Source of the DNA: Planctomycetota bacterium
Lineage (GTDB): Bacteria; Planctomycetota; UBA8108; SXIK01
DNA: 64,000 nt
Direction of reading: 5' to 3'
Assembly (NCBI GenBank): GCA_965223845.1
Contig: CBDCXR010000004.1
Coordinates: 6,016,001 to 6,080,000, forward strand
Shown here: positions 48,681 to 58,313 of the stretch, piece by piece
How positions within the stretch are numbered: the stretch's first letter is position 1
How the letters are laid out: each line of letters starts with the position of its first letter
Translations under genes and position numbers: made by a program
The notes under the pieces: generated by a model
Told to the model about the DNA's origin: nothing
Seen by the model: only the letters and a program-made list of their open reading frames with translations
The model's database searches: none

Positions 48681-50105
48681 GTGAATCGATCTGACCTCTC
48701 TCGCTCGAATCGATCGAGTTCAGCCCGTTCGCTCGATCGCGAAATCCTCGACCTCGCGCTTCCCGCCGTCGGCGCGCAGCTTACACTTCTCGCCCACACC
48801 TGGATCGACATGGCGTGGGTGGGACGGATGGACGCCGCCGAAGAAGCCGTCGCCGCACTGTCGATCTCCATCTTCGCCGTGTGGATCTTCGGCTCGCTCG
48901 CCGCACTTCTTTCGGTCGGACTCTCCGCGCTCGTCGCACGGTACGTCGGCGCCGGCCGACAGGCCGGAGCGCGCTACGTGGCCTCGCAGGGGATCCGTGG
49001 ATCGGTGGCGCTCGGCGTGATCTGCGGGATCGCGGGTCTGCTGCTCGCGCCGACGCTCTTCGCTGCCGTCGGTACCGAGGAAGGAGTGACGCGCGCCGGA
49101 ACGGCCTACGTTCGCATCTACTGGGGCGGAGGGCTCGCAACACTGCTTCTTCAGGCCGGAGCGGCGATTTTTCGCGGACACGGAAACACCCGGGCACCGT
49201 TCGTCGTCGCGCTCGGATCACTCGCTCTCAACGCGGTGATCGATCCCCTGTTCATCTTCGGCTGGGGACCGCTGCCCGCCCTCGGGGTCGCGGGCTCGGC
49301 GTGGGCGACGATCCTTGCGAGCGCGCTCAGCGCGATGGTTCTCGGCGATTTGCTTCGGCGATCGGGTCACGTCGATCGCGCGCGTCCGGCTGACGACGTC
49401 CTCCGGCTCCGCGATTCGACGCCGCTCTCGAGACCGGGAATGATCGGAATCGATTGGGCGGTGCAGCGACGCGTCGCGCGCGTCGGCGTTCCGATCGCGA
49501 TCTCGGGAGTCGTGTTTACGCTGATCTACGTCGTGATCGGGCGGATTACGGAAGAAGCCGGCGGAAGCGCCGCGGTCGCGGGCCTCGGCATCGGCCACCG
49601 CGGAGAGGCTCCGGCCTGGGTACTCGGGACGGGGTATGCGACGGCCGCGGCGTCGCTCGTCGGACGCCGGCTCGGAGCCGATGATCCCGACGGGGCGAAC
49701 CGCTGCGCGTGGCGAGCGATCGCGCAGTGTGTCCTTCTTTGCGTGTTCTGGGCCGCGATCTTGATCGCCGCGGCGGACTGGATCGCGGCCGTGTTCATCG
49801 ACTCGAGCGAACCGGCGTTCGCCTACGCGACGATGTACTATCGCATCGCTGCCTGGTGCATCGCGTTTCAGGCGACGGAGATCGTCGTCGAGGGCGCGTT
49901 CGGCGGCGCCGGCCTCACGGTTCCGCCGATGTTGATCACCGTCCTTCTCACCGCCGTCCGTGTGCCGATCGCGTACTGGGTGGTGCGATCGACCGAGTAC
50001 GGAATCGAAGGAATCTGGTGGACCCTATCCCTCACGGCTATCGTGCGCGGGATCGTGATGGCGCTCTGGTTCAGCCGGGGGACGTGGCGGGGTCAGGGGG
50101 TTTGA
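48681..50105 (+). CDS. MATE family efflux transporter
   Basis: About 12 TM segments; LALP, DMAWVG, RGHGNTRAP, NAVIDPLFIFG and LGVAGSAWAT. Confidence 0.92.
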   Translation: MNRSDLSRSNRSSSARSLDREILDLALPAVGAQLTLLAHTWIDMAWVGRMDAAEEAVAALSISIFAVWIFGSLAALLSVGLSALVARYVGAGRQAGARYVASQGIRGSVALGVICGIAGLLLAPTLFAAVGTEEGVTRAGTAYVRIYWGGGLATLLLQAGAAIFRGHGNTRAPFVVALGSLALNAVIDPLFIFGWGPLPALGVAGSAWATILASALSAMVLGDLLRRSGHVDRARPADDVLRLRDSTPLSRPGMIGIDWAVQRRVARVGVPIAISGVVFTLIYVVIGRITEEAGGSAAVAGLGIGHRGEAPAWVLGTGYATAAASLVGRRLGADDPDGANRCAWRAIAQCVLLCVFWAAILIAAADWIAAVFIDSSEPAFAYATMYYRIAAWCIAFQATEIVVEGAFGGAGLTVPPMLITVLLTAVRVPIAYWVVRSTEYGIEGIWWTLSLTAIVRGIVMALWFSRGTWRGQGV

Positions 50106-50114
50106 GCGGGGAGG

Positions 50115-50777
50115 CTATGGTTGGGGGCGCGACAGCAGTTCGGGATGAACAGCGTGAGGACTCCGGCCATGGACCAGCTGAATTTCGAGTTCCGCGCGAT
50201 GGCAAGCTCTTTCCGCGCGTTCGCGGATATGGTTGAGTCTCAGGCCTCCTCCGACTGTATCCTTCCGAAACGCGGCTCTGACGTCCGGGTCTCGGGCCCA
50301 CGCCCTTACCGTGGATGCGAACATCGGTTTCGAAGTCAGATACAGGTCGTCTGCATCCTCGATAAACCCCGCTTTCCACGCGGCTGTGTACGCACCGCTC
50401 GTTTCCGCAGCTTTGATTTGGTTGTACACCCCGGCCAGGTACTTCCACTGGGACGCAAAGCGTGTGTACAGGGCTGTGTAAGTCGCCGCCAGGATCGCCC
50501 CAAACATCGGAATGGAGTCGACGAAGATTTCGCGCGCTCGCGTCCAATTCCAGGTCAGGAATTCGACTTGGGGGTTTGAAACTTCACGGAGACAAGAAAC
50601 GGAGATGCAAAGCGCGAACGAAGACACGAGCGCGCGAGCAAGAACGATTGGGCCTCCGTTCGGGCGAGCGGGGCGAATCGGATTCAGGCGCTTTCTGCTG
50701 TTGTCCGTTAGTAGCCACTCTCCGGATAGCCACTTTACGGCGGCGGACCAGCAGCGCCACAACTGCGAGTCGTGCAT
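50115..50777 (-). CDS. Hypothetical membrane protein
   Basis: 220-aa ORF filling the gap between MATE and FNR; two hydrophobic segments then YTRFASQWKYLAGVYNQIK; visibly less GC-rich than the flanks. Confidence 0.6.
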   Translation of the reverse strand: MHDSQLWRCWSAAVKWLSGEWLLTDNSRKRLNPIRPARPNGGPIVLARALVSSFALCISVSCLREVSNPQVEFLTWNWTRAREIFVDSIPMFGAILAATYTALYTRFASQWKYLAGVYNQIKAAETSGAYTAAWKAGFIEDADDLYLTSKPMFASTVRAWARDPDVRAAFRKDTVGGGLRLNHIRERAERACHRAELEIQLVHGRSPHAVHPELLSRPQP

Positions 50778-50980
50778 CTTTCGCGGCCTGTTCAGCCAGG
50801 AGGATTCGAGCCGTCTCGACGGATGCGTCGAGTTACTAATATCGACATAGTTCTAATTATTCATTAGAGAGTCGCCAGATTCGTCGGAGATTCAGCGGGA
50901 CGCCCCCGTTTTTTGGGCTGCGGGGTCGATTCGCGGTATCACTGCGTCTGCCGAATTTTGGCCGTAACGGAGGCCAAGGA

Positions 50981-52048
50981 ATGTCCGACTTTCGAGTGAC
51001 CGAGCTGTCCGCCGACACGGACTTCTCGAATCTTCCCTACTGGGATGTAGCGATCATCGGGGCGGGGCCGGCTGGGCTCGCCGCGGGACTCACCACGGCG
51101 CATCGCGGTCTCACGACCCTCGTCATAGAGGCGAAGGAGCGACCCGGCGGACAGCCGCAGTTTCTCTACGCGGACAAGCGCATCGTCGATATCCCGGGGT
51201 TTCCCGATGGGATCACCGGGGAAGAGCTCTCCGACCGAACGTATCGCCAGGCGAGGGACGCGCTCGTTCAGTTCCGCTTCAGCGAAGAGCTGACGGAGAT
51301 CGAAGACACCGACGAGGTCGAGACCGACGACCGGCTGAAGCGAGTCGTGACGACGAAGGGCTCGTATCTCTGCCGGAAGGTGATCATCGCGTGCGGACTT
51401 CTCCACTATCCGCGAAAGCTCGCCGTGCTCGATTCTCTCGCATCGAAGAAAGTGCACTACAAGGTGCCGAAGATCGGCGACTACGAGGGGCAGCGGGTCG
51501 CCGTGGTGGGCGGGGGTGATTCTGCGCTCGACGCTGCGCTCATGGCGCTCGCGCGGGGCGCGCGAGTCGATCTCATCGTTCGCGAGGAGACGCCGATCGG
51601 GAAGGCCGACAGCCTCGCGCGGATCCGCGAAGCCGGTGGCGTCGTGCGAACCTCGGTCGAGATCGCGAGCGCCGAGTTCGCCGGGGATGCGGTCGCGCTT
51701 CGGCTGACGAACGGCGACAGCCTCGACGCGGAGCAGGTGATCGTTCAGATCGGATTCTTGTCGGCGAAGGAGACGTTCGAGCGGCTCGCCATCGATCTCA
51801 ACGAAGACGGCAGCATCGCGATCGATCCCTACTTCGAGACGAGCCGAAAGGGCATCTTCGCGGTCGGCGACGTCCACGGAGACATCAAGCTGATCACGGT
51901 CGCGTGGGCCGAAGGGATCCAGGCGGCGATCCACGCGTTCAAGGAGATCACGAGTCCCTACTGGCTGAACGAGAAGCGGCTTCGTGATCACAAGCTCGTC
52001 ATGATCGGCGAGAAGCTGACGCAAGCGGCGCGGAGCCGACGACCGTGA
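50981..52048 (+). CDS. Ferredoxin--NADP+ reductase (TrxB-like, YumC-type) FAD oxidoreductase
   Basis: GAGPAG, GGQPQFLYADKRIVDIPGFP, VVGGGDSALD and TSRKGIFAVGD; no CxxC of true thioredoxin reductase. Confidence 0.85.
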   Translation: MSDFRVTELSADTDFSNLPYWDVAIIGAGPAGLAAGLTTAHRGLTTLVIEAKERPGGQPQFLYADKRIVDIPGFPDGITGEELSDRTYRQARDALVQFRFSEELTEIEDTDEVETDDRLKRVVTTKGSYLCRKVIIACGLLHYPRKLAVLDSLASKKVHYKVPKIGDYEGQRVAVVGGGDSALDAALMALARGARVDLIVREETPIGKADSLARIREAGGVVRTSVEIASAEFAGDAVALRLTNGDSLDAEQVIVQIGFLSAKETFERLAIDLNEDGSIAIDPYFETSRKGIFAVGDVHGDIKLITVAWAEGIQAAIHAFKEITSPYWLNEKRLRDHKLVMIGEKLTQAARSRRP

Positions 52049-52195
52049 GCGGCGAGAACTCGTAGGCGAGCTCCGTTTCGTGCGAAAACGGGCCGAATGG
52101 TTTTCGCTCGCCTCGAAGTCTCCCCTCTACAATGGACGCCGGTGGTCAGGCTCGAACCGGCGTACGCGCAGCAGAATTTGGGGGGAGGTCGAGGC

Positions 52196-53368
52196 ATGAA
52201 GGTCCTCAGTTCGGGGCGTTATCTCGCGAACGTGTTCGTCTGCGCGTTCGCCATCGGATCTACCGCGGTCGCGCCCGGCGCTCGTCTTCGCGCAGAGGAG
52301 GGTCAGGTCTACGAGCTCACCGGAGAGAGTCTCTACTTCGTGAACTGCCCCGTCTGCGAAGTGCTGCAGACGGATCTCGCTCTCGCCGGGACGTTCGTGC
52401 TCACCCCGCACCCCTCCGGCGACGAGGGGCGGTTCCTCGTCGACGACGTTCAGCTCGTGAACGCGGACGTTTTCTTTCGAGGCTCCGGGCTCTACACGAT
52501 CGAAGACGGCATGCAGACCATGCGGCTCGGTCTCGCAACGAGCTACGGGGAGGTGTTCGAGTCGCTCGGCACGAGCTCGATCGAAGCGGAATGGCCGGAG
52601 ATCAGGATCCACCTCACCGACGCCGACGGAGTGTTCACCGTCGGCCACGATTTTCACATCGTCGCACGTCCGCGGACCGAGAGAGCCGTCGTGCGGTATC
52701 GACTGAGAGAGGAAAGTCAGCTCATCGATGAATGTGTTCCCTGCGGAGCGCCTCCCCAGGTGAAAGCACTCCGCGGGACGTTCGACCTCGAGGAGCTCCG
52801 GCGCGATGAACAGGGGCGAGGCAGCTTCGCCGTCGAGAACCTCGGTCTTTTCGCCGAGGACTCCGATCGTTACGACCTCTCGGGTCGCGGCTTCTACGTC
52901 CGGTCCGGTGAGCGCAATCTGCTCGAGCGGATGATGCTCGAGCTCGATTGGCGCGGGGTGGGAGCGATTTCGCTCGAAGGGAGATTCGAGGAGCTCGCGA
53001 GCGACACCGAGTCGATCGACGTCGACGTCACGTATTTCTCTGAGGAGACCCGACTCACGCTTCGCATCATGGCGGATCCGATCGCGACGACGGAATTCCG
53101 CCGGGGCGACGCCAATGTCGACGGGGGAGTCAACATCGCCGACGCTCTCGCGATCCTCAATACACTCTTTTCGCGCGGTGAGCCGTTCGCGTGCCGCGCA
53201 GCGGCGGACGTGAACGCGGACTTCACGATCAACGTCACCGATCCGATCTTTCTGCTCGGACACCTCTTCGGCGCACTGGGCCCGCCGCCGGCGCCGGGAC
53301 CGAACGAGTGCGGAATGGGGAGCGCTCGGGAGCTCTCTTGCGGTGAGTACGATCGCTGCGGCGTCTAA
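52196..53368 (+). CDS. Secreted protein with a duplicated CxxC-containing beta domain and a C-terminal dockerin-like module
   Basis: ATG 52196 with GAGG RBS; signal peptide; two related units; FRRGDANVDG...CRAAADVNAD. Confidence 0.8.
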   Translation: MKVLSSGRYLANVFVCAFAIGSTAVAPGARLRAEEGQVYELTGESLYFVNCPVCEVLQTDLALAGTFVLTPHPSGDEGRFLVDDVQLVNADVFFRGSGLYTIEDGMQTMRLGLATSYGEVFESLGTSSIEAEWPEIRIHLTDADGVFTVGHDFHIVARPRTERAVVRYRLREESQLIDECVPCGAPPQVKALRGTFDLEELRRDEQGRGSFAVENLGLFAEDSDRYDLSGRGFYVRSGERNLLERMMLELDWRGVGAISLEGRFEELASDTESIDVDVTYFSEETRLTLRIMADPIATTEFRRGDANVDGGVNIADALAILNTLFSRGEPFACRAAADVNADFTINVTDPIFLLGHLFGALGPPPAPGPNECGMGSARELSCGEYDRCGV

Positions 53369-53458
53369 CCGCTAGTCGCGCAGATCACGGTACCTCCGGC
53401 ATGCGATCCGCGAAGGCGAGGATCGTTCGAGTGAACCACTAACATCGACCTGGGCAGT

Positions 53459-53488
53459 TTGACAGAGACGCGAGAGCCGGCGGAGAAT
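53459..53488 (+). promoter_or_regulatory. Possible sigma-70 promoter for the large SIR2 gene
   Basis: Perfect TTGACA (53459-53464), 18-nt spacer, weak -10 GAGAAT; about 115 nt upstream of ATG 53603. Confidence 0.3.
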
Positions 53489-53602
53489 GGGGCGGCTGTG
53501 GTGTCAGAGCTGACCGGGAGGCTCGTCGGGGCACCGCGTGGAAGAGCGACGATCGGGACTCGAGTACCGTCGTGTCCATCGTCGCGACCGTAGAGGGAAG
53601 AC

Positions 53603-56600
53603 ATGGCCGCTGCGAAGTCTCCCGCCGTGCGGGAGTGTAAGAGTTCCCGTGATCTGATCGATCGAATTCGACGAGACGTCCGCGACGGATACGGCTTCGT
53701 TCCGTTTGTCGGAAGCGGCGTCTCCGCTCCGTCCGGAATTCCGATGGGGCAGGAATTCGACGAGTTTCTCGCGTACACGGTGTACCGAGTGCTCGCGACC
53801 GAGGAAGAGCGACCGAAGAGCCGCGGCGACGAAGCGCTTCCCCGCTGGTGCGTCCGTCGAGACGGGTGGCCGAAGTACCCCAACAGCAAGGATGCCGAGG
53901 ACACTCGGAAATGGGTTCTCGAGCGCTACCGCGAAATCTGTAGAGATCTCAAAATCGAAGTGAAGAGCGAAGGCGGCTTCGTTACGGATCTCCAAGTGAT
54001 GTCCGATGCCTTGAGCGGACTCGCTGGCGACATAGCGCTACGAGCTCGCCGTCCGCTCGTTCCGAACGTCATCGCGTCTGCGGACTGCCGCGCGCGCGAT
54101 CAAGAGCTCCGATCATTTCTTCGCGCGGTCGGGCGCGATGGTCCCGACCGTATGTTCGCCGGTCGCCACGGCTACTCTCCGACTTCACAGGACCACATTC
54201 GCGAAGCGGGCATCCGTTCGCTCTCCGATTGGCGCGCGACCCTGCATTTTCTCTCTCGCGTTAAGGTCGACGAGGACACCGGGGATCTCGTTCTCTCGGA
54301 ATCCGAGCCTTGGGTCATCGACGGATTCAACATTCACATCACGCGGGGAAAGCGCAGCAATCTCACTCACAAGATGCTCGCTCATCTTGCGACGCCGATG
54401 CGGATCCGCACCGTCGTGACGACGAACTTCGACACCCTCCTCGAAGATTCCTTCGCGCAGATCCAATCTCGAGTTGCGGTGTTCGAAGTCGGCTCGCGCG
54501 GCGAGCTGCCCGATCCGGGAACCGTGCGCGCGCAGAACTGCATCGTGAAGCTGCACGGTGGCATGCTCGATACCCGCGCGGACTTTTCGCTCGACGACGC
54601 CCCGAGCGACCGGGACAAGGCATCGTTTGCCGAATACGTCCGTCAACGAAGCCAAGCGAGCTCGAGTCGCAGCGCGCAGAGCGGTCGAACCCGGGGAATC
54701 CCGAATCACCTGATCGTCATGGGCTATTCGGGATCGGATCAGCGCTGCGTACAGATGATCAAGTACTTGCTCGATCAGGACCCAGGAGTGCGGATCTATT
54801 GGCTCGCGTTCAACGACGCGGACGTGCGCAGAGTCTCCGAGACTTTCTACGAAGACTGCTACCGGAAGGGCGGTGAGCCGAGAGTGATCACATATCGGAG
54901 CGATCGGCAGGATCTTCTTCTCTACGAGCTCTATCAGGAGCTCACTCTGTCCCTACCTGCCGGCGGATTTGCCTACCAGTTCACCCACAAGATTCCGCCC
55001 GAGCGGCGCCTCGAGTTTGCGGCTTCCGACGCCAAGATGAACAAGGTAGGCGACGCGATCGTGGAGATCCTCACCAACTCCCAGACCCGCGACGCCCGGC
55101 TCGCCGAGCTCGAGGAGCGAGCGGACGTTCACATCGAGCGAGTGCCGCGGGATCGTGACGATGACACGACGCTGTCGCTGGAAGCAGACGGGCGATCCGA
55201 TCTCGCGTCCGCTATGCGACACGCGTTTCGAAAGTTGCGATCGAAGCATCATCGCCAGTGTATCTGGCTCGAGCTTCAGGACTACGCGAGTCCGCACTAC
55301 GTCTACACCGAACTCCTCAAGGTGATCTCGGTGAGGCTCGGGCTCTTCCAGCTGGAGCACGTCGTTCTCGCCCCCGACGAGAGCGATCGAACTCGAGTCG
55401 GCTACGGAAAGCACCTCAAGAAGGCGATCGAGTACTTCGGAATCCAGCCGGAAGCTTGGGTCGTATTCCTCTATGGCCGGAGCTGTCCCGGCGGCTGTTC
55501 CGGTTGGGACAACCGACCGTGGGGTCGCGACGAATACGATCGATTCAAGGAACTGCGCGAGGCGCTCGGTGCGGCGGGGATCCGTGTGGTGTACATGCCG
55601 CTTCGGGATCATCGCCGAGTTCGCAACGAGGCGAAGCTCTTGTTCGTCGACCGACTCGGGCCCATCGTGAAGGCTCAGGCTACTCTACCGTCGAAAGATG
55701 AGTTTCCGGTCGACCGGTACAAATCCGAAGAAGAGCGGAGACGAGAAGAGAAGGAGTGGAGAGCCGAGCAGGTCGGTTTCCTCGACACTCAGCGAATCCT
55801 CGATTCGAACTCGCAGGAGGATACGGTCCTCCAGGGGAATCCGTTCTTGATTCCCAAGCACTCCGTCGATGCAACCGTTTCCAAGTGGAAGAACGTCCCG
55901 CGCGGGGGACCGACGACCTACGAGTCGATCGTTCACAGAATCGTCGATGAATGGCTCACCGTAAGATCGGCGGGCAGCGAGTACGACGAGCGACTGAAGA
56001 AGATTCAGTTTCTCTATGCCGTGACGCTCTTTCGACAGTCTCGGCATACGAGCGCATTCTTTTCGGAGGCCCTCTTCCCTTGCCCGCACCGATTCAATGC
56101 GGACGGGGAAGACAACGACTGGGTGCGCTTCGACAAAGTACGAAAGTGGATTCGAGATCTCGAGCGCGAAGCGGTCTTTTATCACAAACCCGGCGGCTAC
56201 GCGTGGAAGTACCGTGACATGCGCCTCGGGATCCAGCGCCTGATCGAAGGCATGGAGAACGTCTGCTTGAACGAGCCGGCGGAGTCGCGCGAAAAGAGCC
56301 GGTTCGTTCGCTTCATGGGGCAGCGACGCGCGCGGACGCACCTCTGGATCGGCCACTGGTACCTCAAGGCGTTTTACGCGACCGGGCACGCGATTCCGAT
56401 TATCGAATCCCTCTACCATCGGCTTCAGTGCGTGCGCTATTCGCCGTACGCGAAACCGCCCGTGCTCGCACCGACGAGCTCGAATCGCGAAGAGCTGTAC
56501 CGCTACCGCCTTCAGCTTTTTCGCCTCGCGATTCTTGCGATGGTGAAGACGAGTCGCATGGCTCGGCCGTGGCTCAAGTTCTGGCTCAACGATCCGGGTG

Positions 56601-58273
56601 AGAGCTCGCTCTTCGGCGAACAGGCGAAAGCGGGCCGGCGCATCGTAGAGGCTGCCCGGGAGAAGCTGGAGGAAATGGCGAAAGCCGAGCCGGCGCTGGT
56701 TGCCGAGGGTCGTACGCTCAAAGGATTGACCGAATTGCTCAGGGACGAGTTCGATACGCTCGGCGGATCGCTGAGGGCTGAAGCCGGGAAGCGAGGCGGG
56801 AAGAAGTTCCTGCTCGACATTCCTCCCCGCGAGCCGGGAGAACCGGAGCGTCCCGAAACCACGACGGATCTGAGATTCGACGCCGAGATTCTCTGCAGCC
56901 CCGACTGGCGCGGGCGATTCAGAGAGCGGCTGAAGGCGTTCAAGCTCGAGCCGACCGACCCTGGTCTCGAGAACGTCGTCGAGATCATCGAGCAACACGA
57001 AGGCGCGATTCGACGCGCACCGAACACCGGCGAGGAATCCGCGGCGAGGCGCCGCGGGATCTCAGAGACTCTCGACGAGCGGCTCGTCGCGATCAAGTCG
57101 AAGTGGATCCTCGCTTGCGGAGGGCGTCAATCCTACGTCTCTCAGGCGGTGCAGACGATCAGCGAGTTCGCATACCTCCACGTGAAGCAAGCGAAGCTTC
57201 TCGATCACAGCGCCGGGTCAAACGATGCCGACCCGGAAGCGCGCGCTCAGATTCGTGCGCTCTGGGTCGAGGTAACGGCGCTCTGCAACACGGCGATGGA
57301 TCTCCTCAATCATCTTCATCCGGCGTACCTGAACGTCGAGATCGAGGAACACATCAAGTGTCAGACGATGTACGGGCTCGCGCTCGGTCACCTCGGCCGA
57401 TTCTTCGAAGCCCATCGCCGACTCAACGAGGCCGGGGCGGTTCTTTCGAAGATGGCGAATACTCTCGAGAGCGAAGAGTTCGCCGTCATCAAGCTTCGTC
57501 GCGCCGAGGTCTTTCTCTGCGAAGCCGTTGCCGTCCGCGAAGCTCTGAACGGAGTCGAGACGAGCGAATCGGAGGCGGAGCTCGAGTCTCTGCAGGCTTC
57601 TGCACACCCGCAGTTCGCGAACCCCGTCGGCAAAGCCGTGGCCGCAACTCGGAAAGTGGTCAAAGCTCGAAAGAGGCTAGAAGAGATAGAGAAAGAACGC
57701 TTCCAGCGATCGGATGCCGAGAGTGCGATCGAGCGCCAGGAGCAGAGGATCGTCGCAGGAAAGGAGGAGCGCCGGCGCGCGATCGAGACACTCGAGCGAA
57801 TCCACTATGCGAAGCTCGATGACGCCTGGGTCGCGCTCGAGGCCGCCGAGCAGCTCCTCTCCGGCCGCAGCCATTCGTCGCTCTGGTGGGGTCGACTGTT
57901 TGCGCTCAAGCTGCGAGTTTACGGGGAGCACCAAGACCGTCGATTGGTCGCGCGGTACGAATCCCTCGCCTTCCGGCAGCGCATTCAGCACGACCACGTC
58001 GTGCATCAACTTTTCGACAAGGGCGTCCTTGTGAGCCCGTCGGACCCGTACCGGCGTCTGCGCCTCCTCGACTACTATTTGAAAGCGGTGGAGAAAGTCA
58101 CGGGGAGTTGGAAACCGGGGCGACTCGAGCGAGCCATCGAGCTCTGGGGATCCATCGCCACCTCGATTCGGCGAGAGCCCGTCCTTCGTGCCCCCCGTTC
58201 GCCGATCCGCAATTATCTGGGCCGTATGCGGAAGGCGATCCAGGCCTGGAAGCAGAGCGACGAGACGGGGTGA
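53603..58273 (+). CDS. Large SIR2-domain protein (putative NADase defence protein) with a helical/TPR-like C-terminus
   Basis: FVPFVGSGVSAPSGIP, VVTTNFDTLLE, IVKLHGG and LIVMGYSGSD; C-terminal YGLALGHLGRFFEAHRRLNEA TPR-like helices. Confidence 0.85.
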   Translation: MAAAKSPAVRECKSSRDLIDRIRRDVRDGYGFVPFVGSGVSAPSGIPMGQEFDEFLAYTVYRVLATEEERPKSRGDEALPRWCVRRDGWPKYPNSKDAEDTRKWVLERYREICRDLKIEVKSEGGFVTDLQVMSDALSGLAGDIALRARRPLVPNVIASADCRARDQELRSFLRAVGRDGPDRMFAGRHGYSPTSQDHIREAGIRSLSDWRATLHFLSRVKVDEDTGDLVLSESEPWVIDGFNIHITRGKRSNLTHKMLAHLATPMRIRTVVTTNFDTLLEDSFAQIQSRVAVFEVGSRGELPDPGTVRAQNCIVKLHGGMLDTRADFSLDDAPSDRDKASFAEYVRQRSQASSSRSAQSGRTRGIPNHLIVMGYSGSDQRCVQMIKYLLDQDPGVRIYWLAFNDADVRRVSETFYEDCYRKGGEPRVITYRSDRQDLLLYELYQELTLSLPAGGFAYQFTHKIPPERRLEFAASDAKMNKVGDAIVEILTNSQTRDARLAELEERADVHIERVPRDRDDDTTLSLEADGRSDLASAMRHAFRKLRSKHHRQCIWLELQDYASPHYVYTELLKVISVRLGLFQLEHVVLAPDESDRTRVGYGKHLKKAIEYFGIQPEAWVVFLYGRSCPGGCSGWDNRPWGRDEYDRFKELREALGAAGIRVVYMPLRDHRRVRNEAKLLFVDRLGPIVKAQATLPSKDEFPVDRYKSEEERRREEKEWRAEQVGFLDTQRILDSNSQEDTVLQGNPFLIPKHSVDATVSKWKNVPRGGPTTYESIVHRIVDEWLTVRSAGSEYDERLKKIQFLYAVTLFRQSRHTSAFFSEALFPCPHRFNADGEDNDWVRFDKVRKWIRDLEREAVFYHKPGGYAWKYRDMRLGIQRLIEGMENVCLNEPAESREKSRFVRFMGQRRARTHLWIGHWYLKAFYATGHAIPIIESLYHRLQCVRYSPYAKPPVLAPTSSNREELYRYRLQLFRLAILAMVKTSRMARPWLKFWLNDPGESSLFGEQAKAGRRIVEAAREKLEEMAKAEPALVAEGRTLKGLTELLRDEFDTLGGSLRAEAGKRGGKKFLLDIPPREPGEPERPETTTDLRFDAEILCSPDWRGRFRERLKAFKLEPTDPGLENVVEIIEQHEGAIRRAPNTGEESAARRRGISETLDERLVAIKSKWILACGGRQSYVSQAVQTISEFAYLHVKQAKLLDHSAGSNDADPEARAQIRALWVEVTALCNTAMDLLNHLHPAYLNVEIEEHIKCQTMYGLALGHLGRFFEAHRRLNEAGAVLSKMANTLESEEFAVIKLRRAEVFLCEAVAVREALNGVETSESEAELESLQASAHPQFANPVGKAVAATRKVVKARKRLEEIEKERFQRSDAESAIERQEQRIVAGKEERRRAIETLERIHYAKLDDAWVALEAAEQLLSGRSHSSLWWGRLFALKLRVYGEHQDRRLVARYESLAFRQRIQHDHVVHQLFDKGVLVSPSDPYRRLRLLDYYLKAVEKVTGSWKPGRLERAIELWGSIATSIRREPVLRAPRSPIRNYLGRMRKAIQAWKQSDETG

Positions 58274-58313
58274 GAATCGCTCCGAGATGAACTCCCGACG
58301 CGTTTGAGAGAGT

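Noticed and set aside
50981-52048. Thioredoxin reductase (trxB) call
   Set aside because: It lacks the redox CxxC; the GGQ..LY..K.I.D.PGFP motif fits ferredoxin-NADP reductase.
31344-58273. Treating both SIR2-type genes as one Thoeris-like system or defence island
   Set aside because: They are about 21 kb apart and separated by ordinary genes. No SLOG/Macro domain and no mobility genes were seen.
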